Shown here piece after piece: positions 20,485-30,208 of a stretch of 64,000 nucleotides of DNA; position 1 is the first letter of the stretch, and each line of letters opens with the position of its first letter. The DNA lies in contig CALSNU010000006.1 in NCBI GenBank assembly GCA_943787795.1, forward strand, positions 128,001 to 192,000, read 5' to 3'. Made by a program: the position numbers and the translations under genes. The notes beneath the pieces were generated by a model. That model ran no database searches, was not told the DNA's origin, and worked only from the letters and a program-made list of their open reading frames with translations. The stretch is from an uncultured bacterium. Lineage in GTDB: Bacteria; Planctomycetota; UBA1135; GCA-002686595.

Positions 20485-21015
20485 ATGCACGTCTCACCGT
20501 TTCTTCTCATCGGTGCCATGGCATTCGCTGGCTGCGCCACCGCGCCAAGGCCTGCCGTGGAGCGCTTCAGAGCGGCGGAGGCCACGTTCGCGGGTGAGGT
20601 AGATGAGCCGACGGGGGAGGGGGGTCTCCGTCGACACATCCTGAATGGGTTTGCAGGACTCGCGCGAGAGGACGCCGACCTGGCCGGTGTCGCGCTGGGC
20701 ATCGACTACGAATACCGTCTCAGCGAGCGGTGGGGCTTCGGAGGCTTCACCGAAGCCGTCGTGGGTGAGGGCCGGGCGCTCATTGCCGGCGTCGACGTGG
20801 TCTTGCACCCGGCGGAAGCAGTGTCCCTCTTTGTCGGCTACGGTCAGGAGCAGAAGAGCGACGAGTGGGAGGGCATCGTGCGGGTCGGAGGACTCTACGA
20901 GTTTCCGATCGGCGAGGGGTGGACACTGTCGCCGACGGTGACCTACGACTTTTCTCTGAAGCGGCCGGAGGAGGACGTCCTGAACCTCGGCCTGAGCCTG
21001 GGATACGCCTGGTGA
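20485..21015 (+). CDS. Small exported protein, probable outer-membrane beta-barrel-like
   Basis: Lipobox-like FAGC; alternating beta-strand pattern (GIDYEYRL, RVGGLYEF); terminal LGLSLGYAW. Confidence 0.65.
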   Translation: MHVSPFLLIGAMAFAGCATAPRPAVERFRAAEATFAGEVDEPTGEGGLRRHILNGFAGLAREDADLAGVALGIDYEYRLSERWGFGGFTEAVVGEGRALIAGVDVVLHPAEAVSLFVGYGQEQKSDEWEGIVRVGGLYEFPIGEGWTLSPTVTYDFSLKRPEEDVLNLGLSLGYAW

Positions 21016-22111
21016 GGCGAGGTGGTGGGCAGCGTCAGCGCCATCCGACCGCGACCTGCACCTGGTCCATTCAAAGATGCCCCGCGTCCCTCAGCCGAAC
21101 GCCAGAGGCATCTGGCGGGTGGAGCCGCCGCGGACCGCCTCGACGAAGCGCTCTGTGATCTCCCGTATCGGCTCCCGCGTAGTCGGGCTGGCGACACCGA
21201 TGGGGCTCTCGATCCCGATTCCTTCGCTCGTCAGGAGCGCGCCGCCAGAACCTCGCCCTGCCTGACTCATCCTGCCGCACCGTCCCCCCCATGGATCGAT
21301 GAAGCCCTGGACAGGGTGAGGTGACTCGACCTCGATGTGCGGACCGCCGTGCTCCCTACCAGCGACCCCAGCGGGATGCAGTTTCAGCTGGGCCACGAGG
21401 CACCCGGTCAGGGGCCGAGCCATGGCGTTGTGGTGGTTGCGTTGAACTCTGGCGACCCCGGTACGGCCCGACGATGGGTACCTCCGTCTCCAGCTCGAGT
21501 CCCCACCCTGCGCCCGCGGTCGCGCCGTGCGGGAGCTCCAACTTGACCGTCTTGGACGCGCCGGTAGGCCTTCCCGCGCTCGTCGTGCCGGCCCCACCAC
21601 GGCGAGAGCGCCTCGGCTCTTGTCGTCCGCTCAGCTTGTCGAACAGCTTGTAGTTCACGCCCATCCAGGGCGCGGCGAGGGCCTCTCCTCGGGGCGCCTG
21701 CAGAGAAGGGGGCGGCTTGCTAGGAGGGCTAACCGCGCCGAGGACGGGGATCGGCTGCCGTGCGAATTCCGGCGTGGACCAGGCGCGAAGCGGGACATCC
21801 CTTGCAGGCCGCCAGGAGCTGCGATCCCCGCGCCGTCCGAGATTCTGTGGCCTGAGGAAGCCAGTGCTCCAAGGCGCAGCCGGCCAGCATTCGATGCAGA
21901 TCGGTCCATCGCAGGCCTGATGTGGGCCTCGGGGTAATCCAGGGAGGTGGGAGACAACGCTCGCTTGGGCGAGCGGTTCCGCTGGTAGCCTTTGGCTCCT
22001 GGGGCGCGCTTGATCGTAGCCTTCGGTGACGAGATTCCTGCGCTAGCGCCCTCGGCCCTCTTGCGCGGCGATACTCGCGCCTTGGGCTGCAAATAGAACC
22101 GCGCGGGTAAG

Positions 22112-24052
22112 ATGACCCTCGTCATGATGGCCCTTCTTCGCTTGCTCCCCGTGGTGGTCCTCATTGCCGCCGCCATCGACTCATCTCTGGTCAGATTTGA
22201 TCGACCACACCGAGGCGTTGATCCCGATCTGTTCCTTCAGGCCTCGCTCCTCTGGCTGGTGTTCGGACTCTTGGCCTTGGTTCCAGCCTGGCCCACCCGG
22301 GCCGCCCTGCGGAGGTGGTTGAGCTTGGAGCAGGGCGAGAAAAGTTGGGGCGTCGACGTGGCTGCCCTTGGGAGCTGGCTAGCCCTGCCCGTGCTTGGTC
22401 ATGGAATCCTCGATCGTTACACGTCAATCGGCCAGAACATCTCGGCGCTCAAGGCCCCCCGTCCATGGCTTGAGGTCGGCGCGCTCATCCTCGGGTTGGT
22501 GCTGGTCGCGTGGCTGATCGCCCCACGGCTGCGTGCCATCCCGGGCAAGCTTGCCGCGGTACTGGGACTCCTTGCCGCCCTGGTCGTCGGGCTCGGTGTC
22601 GGGCCTCGCGCGGAGGAGCCTGGCTCGCCGCGCATCGCCCCGGCCGATGCCCCAAATCTCATGCTGCTCGTCTGGGACACGACGCGCTCCATGGCGCTCT
22701 CGCCGTACGGCTACGACCGCGAGACGACCCCGCACCTGGCGGAGCTGGCCAAGAAGAGCCTGGTCTGGGAGGAGGCGCGCTCGGTGTCGTGCTTCACGCT
22801 GACGTCCCATCTCTCCATGCTGACCGGCGTCTATCCGTCCCATCACGGCGCCCGGCTCACGCGGATGTTCTTTGATCCACGCAAGACGCCAAGCTTGGCA
22901 CACCTCTTGCGCGAGCACGGCTATCGAACCGGAGGCTTCGTTGGAACCAATGTGCTTCGCGCGGGGACAGGAATGATGGACGGCTTTGAGGTCTACGATG
23001 ATGAGTGCGATCCGTTGGTGGTGGACACCCACGCCTGGAAGCTCGTCCACGACGCTCAGTCCGTGATGGCCAAGCTGCGGCCCTCATTCGGTGGGAATGG
23101 CTCTCCTCATTGGATCGAGGACTTCGCGCGTCCGGCGCCCGAGGTCTTGGAGCGGGCCCTCGACTGGATCCAAGAGGAGGACGAGCGCCCGTGGTTTTGC
23201 CTGATCAACCTCTACGACGTGCACTGGCCCTACCTGCCGAATGACGAGAGTCGGGAGAAGTGGGTACGTCCGTACGAGGGCACCATCGACGGGTACCTCT
23301 TTGATTCAGATAGCTACCAGACCCCTGATGGAGTGCTGCGTGGGTCGCGCCTAACCAGTGACGACAAACAGCACCTCAGGGATCTCTACGATGCGGAGAT
23401 GTGGCAGCTCGACCGGCGCGTGCACCAGTTTCTGTCGGCCCTGGACCTTGAGCGTTCGGGGACCGCGGTGCTGGTGACGTCAGATCACGGTGAGGCTTTC
23501 GGCGAGGCTGGGATCTACGAGCACAACGACATCCTCGAGCCCCAGGTCCGTGTCCCATTCATGCTGGTGCCCGCCCGCGGGGAGGGGCGCACCCCGCCGG
23601 ACCCCGCTTACCTCTCGGGCAAGGTCTCAGGCATCGACGTGGCGACCACACTGGCAGGGCTGGCCGGCCTCGAGTCCACGGCGGTCGAGGGCATGACAGG
23701 ACTCGACCTGCTGGCCGGCGAGGTGCCCGAATCGCGCCAGCTCCTCGTGGAAGATCGAGACAAGAAAAGCCAGGCGTATACCCACTACGCCGTCTACGAG
23801 GATCACTGGAAGCTGGTTCGCACCGGCGTGGGGCCAACTGCCACCCACCAGCTGTTCGATCTCCGCGCGGACAGCGTAGGTGAAAGAGACATCTCCGGGC
23901 AGCAGCCAGCGGTCGCCGAGCGACTGGAGGAGTTGCTTGATGAACTACGGTCTTCCTGGGGCGGCGGGCAGGAGAGCTGGAAGGCGCGGGCCATCACAGA
24001 TGCCGCCCTGCACGGTCTCGGCTACGCGGGTGAGGACGACGATCCTGAGTGA
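22112..24052 (+). CDS. Membrane-anchored sulfatase-like / alkaline phosphatase superfamily protein
   Basis: 5 N-terminal TM helices; PNLMLLVWDTTR, TLTSHLSMLTG, DVHWPY and TSDHGE motifs. Confidence 0.88.
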   Translation: MTLVMMALLRLLPVVVLIAAAIDSSLVRFDRPHRGVDPDLFLQASLLWLVFGLLALVPAWPTRAALRRWLSLEQGEKSWGVDVAALGSWLALPVLGHGILDRYTSIGQNISALKAPRPWLEVGALILGLVLVAWLIAPRLRAIPGKLAAVLGLLAALVVGLGVGPRAEEPGSPRIAPADAPNLMLLVWDTTRSMALSPYGYDRETTPHLAELAKKSLVWEEARSVSCFTLTSHLSMLTGVYPSHHGARLTRMFFDPRKTPSLAHLLREHGYRTGGFVGTNVLRAGTGMMDGFEVYDDECDPLVVDTHAWKLVHDAQSVMAKLRPSFGGNGSPHWIEDFARPAPEVLERALDWIQEEDERPWFCLINLYDVHWPYLPNDESREKWVRPYEGTIDGYLFDSDSYQTPDGVLRGSRLTSDDKQHLRDLYDAEMWQLDRRVHQFLSALDLERSGTAVLVTSDHGEAFGEAGIYEHNDILEPQVRVPFMLVPARGEGRTPPDPAYLSGKVSGIDVATTLAGLAGLESTAVEGMTGLDLLAGEVPESRQLLVEDRDKKSQAYTHYAVYEDHWKLVRTGVGPTATHQLFDLRADSVGERDISGQQPAVAERLEELLDELRSSWGGGQESWKARAITDAALHGLGYAGEDDDPE

Positions 24053-24525
24053 CCCGACCAGGGGCCTGAAGCGTCGAGTGGGCCTGGTCATGCGTTGATG
24101 AGGTCGGGAGCTCAGCATCGTCGGCCCAGAGTCCATCCGTCGCCCCTTGGCTCGTATGCCTTCCCCCCAATGACGGCGCGCGACCGCTGGTCGAGCGCCG
24201 CTACAAGTGACTGGGAGAGGCTCATCGGAGCTATGCGCCGTGGAGCCTAGGCCGTGCCTGCTCGCTGGAGATCGGGAGGTGGGCGGCCCCCTTGAGGGCG
24301 CTCCCGACGGGGGCAGCTAGAGCGTGACGGGCACGGCAGCCGTGAAGGCTGAGGTGTTCGGCCCTGCCATCGCCGCTCGGCGAAGAGGCACGAGGGACGA
24401 GGTGCTACCCGGCGACGCCGGCTCGAGGCCGGTTGGCTTGCGCGGGTCGCGTCGCCTGACGTTTACCCCGAAGTCACCGGTAATTCCTGGGGAGGGGGTG
24501 AAGTTCGGTCAGGAAGACGAGCGGG

Positions 24526-25791
24526 TCAGCGTTGCCCCGGAGGCAGGGGGGAGGCCGGACACTGAGGGGGACGCTCAAATCTCCTTCCTGACGCCACCAC
24601 GCGGCCTCTTGCGGGCTGCGGCGCCGGTGGGGTCTGGGCCAGAGCATGGAGCAGCTTTGCGACCGCGACGGCATTCGCGAGGCGCTCCTCGGTCCGCGAC
24701 CGCTCCCCACGGTTCTTGTCGAGAGCGCTCTCGGTCAGGAGCGCCTCTGACGCGACAATCTCATCGAGAGTGCCGCGCCCTGTCCGGTGGTTGCAGTAGT
24801 GGGCCTTCAAGACGAGTGGCGCTCTTGGGCCCCCGAAGGTCTCATACCACTGCTTGGAGGTGCCAGTATTCCAGGTGGCGAGGACGTCCCCAGGGCGCTC
24901 GAACGCGCGCCATGTCTCCGCCATCTCGGCCGGGCAACTGGCTGAGGCGTGGTCGCCGCGGTCGAGCCGAAAGAAGGGCCAGCTCCCTTGAGTGAGCTGA
25001 TCGTGATCCAGCGCGACCATCATCCGCTCCCCGCTCGCTGGCCGTTCGGCGGCCAGCGTCAACAGCGGTCGATCACCCATTGGCTGCTTCATCTCCTCGC
25101 ACGTGCGCGGGGTCAACTCTCCATACACCACGACCAGTGCATCGAAGCGCTCTCGAAACGCGGCCGGAAGCTCAGGGCCTCGCTCGGAGCGTGGGCGCCT
25201 CCGCAGTCGCGGCGAGGGAGCGTTCGGCCGGGCGAGTTGCAGGGCCTGCATGGCCTCGAACGGCGCGAGGAGGTTCGCCAGGCCGGGTGTGTTGGGCTCG
25301 GTATAGCGCAGCGCAGCGTGAATAGCCTCGATGGTGGAGAGGCAGTACTCGAAGGGCTGCCTGCGGATCTTGAACCCGCTCACCTCGCCCCGCGGGAGCG
25401 TGAACTTCGGGAGGTCGCGCAGCGCGGCGATGTCCCGGTACATCGCGCGGGCGTGATGCCAGGTGCCGTCGATCACCACCAGCCCCTTGGGCATCTCGGC
25501 CTCGGGCAGCGTCGAGAGGTCTCGCGCGCCGTCGCCCGGGTAGAGGAGCCCGAACCCTGCGAGCTGCTCGTGGAGGCTGCGGTCACTCTTCAGGCGGCCT
25601 CCTTGGTCCACCAGGATCCTTGACTGCCTCAGGCAGCGTTCCGCGATACGAGCGGTGTTGAAGGGATGGGAGCGCTCTCGCGAGTGCTGGAGGATCAGGA
25701 TCTCCGTCCGGTGGTCGATCGGCGAGATCGCTCCGCAGAGGCAATGGGCCGCGGGCCGGAGGCACTCGAGGCAGCGTTCACGCGCGGACAT
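24526..25791 (-). CDS. DTW-domain tRNA-uridine aminocarboxypropyltransferase (TapT-like) with a C-terminal extra domain
   Basis: CxxC..CxC, LQHSRE..NTA, LLYP, IDGTW and LSTIEA motifs. Confidence 0.88.
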   Translation of the reverse strand: MSARERCLECLRPAAHCLCGAISPIDHRTEILILQHSRERSHPFNTARIAERCLRQSRILVDQGGRLKSDRSLHEQLAGFGLLYPGDGARDLSTLPEAEMPKGLVVIDGTWHHARAMYRDIAALRDLPKFTLPRGEVSGFKIRRQPFEYCLSTIEAIHAALRYTEPNTPGLANLLAPFEAMQALQLARPNAPSPRLRRRPRSERGPELPAAFRERFDALVVVYGELTPRTCEEMKQPMGDRPLLTLAAERPASGERMMVALDHDQLTQGSWPFFRLDRGDHASASCPAEMAETWRAFERPGDVLATWNTGTSKQWYETFGGPRAPLVLKAHYCNHRTGRGTLDEIVASEALLTESALDKNRGERSRTEERLANAVAVAKLLHALAQTPPAPQPARGRVVASGRRFERPPQCPASPLPPGQR

Positions 25792-26044
25792 GTTGGGAGT
25801 CTACGCCGTGGCTGGCCGAGGAGCCTAGAGCGCCGTTGTTCCGCTGGTTGATTGATCGTTGTCCGGCGGCGTCAGGTTGGCTGGCGCCGCGGGGCGGGGC
25901 GGATGGTCGTGATCCTCGTTCTTGGGCCAGCCCGGCATTGGCGCTGGGTACCCGCTGGCAGGTTCCGTGGGTTTGGCGGACACTCGATGAGTCGAGCGGA
26001 GTCCACCCGCCGCCCTGCCCAGCTGGTGCTCACCCGCTCCTCCC

Positions 26045-27905
26045 ATGAAGACCCTCTTCGCCCGCTCGCTGCTCGCCCTGGCTATGACTGCGCCCGCCCA
26101 CGCTCAGTGGACGGCGGACCCTGCTCTGAATCAGGTGATCTCGGGGGCGGCGTCGGACCAGAACCAGGTGAAGGTCAGCGCGGCGCCGGATGGGGGCTTC
26201 TGGGTGAGCTGGCTGGATGGCATCGCCACGGGCTGGGACGTGCGACTCCAGAAGCTGGATGCCAGCGGGCGCGAGGTCTTTCCCCCTGGCGGACTCCTCA
26301 TCGCAGACCGCGGCTTCTCATCCACTCAGGACTATGGGCTCAGCGTCGCTTCGGACGGCGATGCGCTGCTTGCCTTCAGGGACGATCGAACGGGAAGCAC
26401 TACGGTCACAGCCATGCGCGTGACGGGTGCCGGGGACTTCGAGTGGGGCCCTGATGGGGTCTCGCTCATTCAGAGCCCATCGAGCTTCGTGGCGGCGCCC
26501 AAGATCGCGCAGGGGGCCGCCTCGAGCGTCGATCGTGTGGTCGTCGCGTGGACCGAGAACAGCGGCGTGGTCATGCAGTCCCTGGACGCGGGCGGGGCGC
26601 CGACGTGGTCATCGGCCGCAGGGACGGGCAACTTCGTCGTCATCAGCCCTCCCTTTGGTTCGTACGTCCTCGCGGATCTGCAGGGAGTTGGGGACGAGGC
26701 GATCGTCTCAATCGTGCATCAGACCGGCGGCTTCACCGCCCCGCGGCACCTCGTGGCTCAACGGCTCTCGGTGGACGGTGCGCTGCTTTGGGGGGCCACG
26801 CCCGTCACTGTCTTCAACGCCGGCTCGCTGCAGATCGGGAACTTCCCGCGCTTCACCCTCGGGGGCGAGGACGCGGTGTTCAGCTGGTACTCCTCCAGCC
26901 CTGCGCTGCAGTGCTTTGTCCAACGGCTCGACCGCGCTGGTGTGCCTCGCTGGACGCCCAACGGAGTCCCTGTGGCCACGGCGCCCGGTGCCCTACGCGT
27001 GAATCCGCGGGCGGCCTTCCATGGGCCGAGCGGCGATGTCTTTGTGACCTGGAAAGACCTGAACTCCAGCCAATCCCAGTCCGGGGTTTCGGCGCAGCGC
27101 ATTGACGCCAGCGGGGCGCGGCTCTGGTCGTCGGGTGGCGTTTCGGTGGTGCCGATCGGCGCCACCGGGGCGGACTTCCCCATCCCGTTTCCCGTGGCGA
27201 GCGTCGGGGCGTCCTCGGGGGGCAGCGACGTGCTGATCGCCTGGAGCGAAGACCCGTCGTTCGGTTCGGACCGAATCTATGGGATCGGCCTGGACGCGGG
27301 AGGCGCCATCGGGGCCCCGAGGTTCGACGTGGCCTCAACCCCGAGCGGGAAGGCGCGCCTGGACGGGGCGGTCGGCGTCACCGGGGTCGGGGTCTTGGGC
27401 TGGAGTGACGCTCGCAACGATGGTGGCGACATCCTGGTCCAGGCTCTAGACCTGCAGGGGGGCCTTGGGGCACCGGGGCTGCTGCTCGATACCCAGTGTC
27501 CTGGCGTCCCCAATTCCACCGGGGCGGGTGGGACGCTCATCGCTTTCGGGAGCGACGTCGCGACAGACAATCGACGTGACGCTGCTCGCGTCGAACCTGC
27601 CGGTGGGGGCCTTTGGCTTCTTCATCACCAGTACGGCATCGGGCGCCGCTCCAAACCCTGGGGGGAGCGACGGGGTGCTCTGCCTCGGTGGCTCGATCGG
27701 CCGGTTTGTGGGACCAGGCCAGGTGGTCAACTCCGGCCCCGCCGGTGTCTTTTCCCTGACGCTCGACCTCGCGCAGCAGCCGACCCCAACGGGGTTCGTC
27801 TCGGTGCTCGGTGGAGAGACCTGGTTCTTCCAGGCCTGGCACCGGGACGTCAATGTGGCGGTGACCTCCAACTTCACCGCGGCCCTTCAGGTTGACTTCC
27901 TCTAG
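26045..27905 (+). pseudogene. Secreted beta-rich repeat protein with a planctomycete-type C-terminal domain; one +1 frameshift near 27572
   Basis: Signal peptide ending AHA-Q; repeated (A/V)QRLDxxGxxxW units; removing one C in AAT-C-GAC joins ..GSDVATDN to DVTLLASNLP..FQAWHRD..DFL. Confidence 0.75.
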
Positions 27906-28359
27906 GCCCCGCTGCGGTCGCCGGCTGCGCCCTGTGGCGTGGCCGTGGGGAGCCCGCGAGCTTGCTGGCGTGTCCCTCGGGCGGCGGAGCGACCTGCGGA
28001 TTGGCATACGCGGTGAGCCCACGCGGTTTGGACGCGTGGACCTCGGGGATGGGTGACCGTTGCGGTACTCCGGTCCGCTTCAAGAGGGCGGCCAAGGTAC
28101 GCGTGGCGCCGGACCCCCGGAGAGGCGCGGCGAACTGTACTTTCGTCGAAGCACGCGTTGCGCCCCTCGGCAACCCGGTCGCGTGTTTATTGGGCGATCC
28201 GTCGGTCCTGAGCGTGGAGGGGCAGACGGCCCGGGCGGTGGGGTCTCAGCGCGCAGGTCCGTTGGCCTCCCGGCCACAGGCGACCCGACCGCGGGACAGG
28301 GAAGCCCTGCTTGTGAGGGAGTTGGGAGAGAGGTCGCGCCCCGGCCCCGAAGCGCGACG

Positions 28360-29922
28360 CTAGCGCAGCAGGGGAGCCGCGATGGGGCGGCCGTTGGTGG
28401 TCAGCACCTGGAAGTGATGGATGCCCGCCGACTTTGGCGCGAGGGTCCACACCACGCGCTTGTCGTGGGTGACCTCGAGCAGGTGCACGGCCCCCGGAGC
28501 AGCGTGGTAACTGGTGATGACGGTGTTGCCGTTGGGCAGTCGCTGCACGCCGCAGGCGTCGTCGATCAGCGGGCTCGGCAGGTCTGCATTCGTGAGCTCC
28601 CAGACGGTCGCCCCGGCCGCATCCACCTCGATCACCCGGTTCCCGTTGGTGCACCCGATCAGGGTGTTGCCATCCCTGAGGCGGATCGCGGTGAAGGGCC
28701 AGTCTCGCAGGTCACGGCCGCGCTGGTCGGTTGGGATTCGGCGCACGACCTTGCCCGCGGGGTCGTACTCCGACACCACGAAATCGAGCAGGTGAGGCGC
28801 GAGATAATTCCCGTTCGGCAGCTTACGGACCATGCGCGTCTGCATGTGCGAGTTGCCCATCTGGCAGGTCAGGGGCACCTCGAGCACGATCTCTCCCGCG
28901 CGGTTGAGCTCGAGCAGTCGGGGGGTGGGTCCGGACTCATTGACCAGGATGTGCCCATCGGGGGTGAGCTGCGCCGTGCTGACCTCGTCCTGGGTCGCCC
29001 TCCAGGTGAAGACGACCTCACCGGCGGGGTCCACCTCGAGGACACCGCCGCCTGGGAAGTCCCCGTGGGGGTAGAGGGCCATCAAGACGTTGCCGTTCGG
29101 TAGCAACGTGGCGTCGGATGACGGCGCGGGATGACTCCAGAGGACCTCCCCCGCCTCGCCCAGGATCTGGGTAGGGATGTGGCGCCCGGCGACGAGCACG
29201 GAGTGCTGGACCGTCGGCGCCGGCGCCGCCAGCAGGCGCGCCAGGGTCGGCTCGATGGCCTTGGCCCAACGCCTGTAGCCTGCGGCCGAGAGGTGAAGGG
29301 CATCCGGCATGATCGCCTTGGAGATTGAGCCGTCGTCCTCGATGAACTCATGTCCGATGGTCAGGACGTGGATGTCGTCCCCGTTGTGCAGCCGTTGCAA
29401 CATCTGGTTCACCTGCAGGACCTTGCCGCGCTGGGCGCCTGGCATGGCACCGCGCGGGAAGATGTCGAGCAGCAGCACGCGGCAGCCCGGGAGCTTGGAC
29501 CGAAGGCTGCGCACCACCGCGGCCACCCCCTCAGCAATCTCCGTCGCAGTGTTGTCCTCGCGATTCGAGTTGTTGGTGCCGATCATCACCACGGCGACCT
29601 TGGGATCGATGCCGTCGACGTTGCCGTGATCGAGGCGCCACAGGACGTGCTGCGTTCGGTCCCCGCTGATGCCCAGGTTGGCTGCCTTGCGCTCGCCGTA
29701 GAATTCCTTCCAGATCGAGGCTCCACGCCCCTCCCAGCCCTGGGTGATCGAGTCTCCCACGAAGATCAGGTCCACGTCGCCCTCAACGACGCGGTCATTG
29801 ATGGCGAGATAGCGCTGGTGCACCCTCCCCTTGCGGGCCGCCGGGTTAATCGCGGAGTGCTCCTGGGCGTGAGCTGAGGGGAGGACGAGGGTGAGCAGGA
29901 TCAGCAGGCGTATGAGGAGCAT
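28360..29922 (-). CDS. Secreted SGNH/GDSL esterase (PAF-acetylhydrolase-like) fused to a beta-propeller domain
   Basis: FVGDSITQGW, GISGDRTQH, IGTNN and DALH; C-terminal xLPNGNxL / EVDxxGxxVW repeats. Confidence 0.88.
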   Translation of the reverse strand: MLLIRLLILLTLVLPSAHAQEHSAINPAARKGRVHQRYLAINDRVVEGDVDLIFVGDSITQGWEGRGASIWKEFYGERKAANLGISGDRTQHVLWRLDHGNVDGIDPKVAVVMIGTNNSNREDNTATEIAEGVAAVVRSLRSKLPGCRVLLLDIFPRGAMPGAQRGKVLQVNQMLQRLHNGDDIHVLTIGHEFIEDDGSISKAIMPDALHLSAAGYRRWAKAIEPTLARLLAAPAPTVQHSVLVAGRHIPTQILGEAGEVLWSHPAPSSDATLLPNGNVLMALYPHGDFPGGGVLEVDPAGEVVFTWRATQDEVSTAQLTPDGHILVNESGPTPRLLELNRAGEIVLEVPLTCQMGNSHMQTRMVRKLPNGNYLAPHLLDFVVSEYDPAGKVVRRIPTDQRGRDLRDWPFTAIRLRDGNTLIGCTNGNRVIEVDAAGATVWELTNADLPSPLIDDACGVQRLPNGNTVITSYHAAPGAVHLLEVTHDKRVVWTLAPKSAGIHHFQVLTTNGRPIAAPLLR

Positions 29923-30208
29923 GGCCCGAGGATACGGCCCCTCCAGTCGGCTGCACATGTTCGACGCGTCGGTGGGGCACGTGACGCCCACGGCGCCGCC
30001 GCGTGAGGCTGCCGGATAGGAAGAGCCCAAGCGAGGGTCAGCCGACCCGGCAGCCACGCCCCCTTACCCTGCCACGGAGGTCTCGAGAGTCCGTGGACGA
30101 GAGCCCCAGGCGGCCGATGGGCTCGCCGTCGGGTCGAGACCTCACGCCCAGACTGGGCACCAGGAGAGGACCTCTTCGGGGGAAGCGTCGGTTGGAGCCA
30201 GCTCCCGG

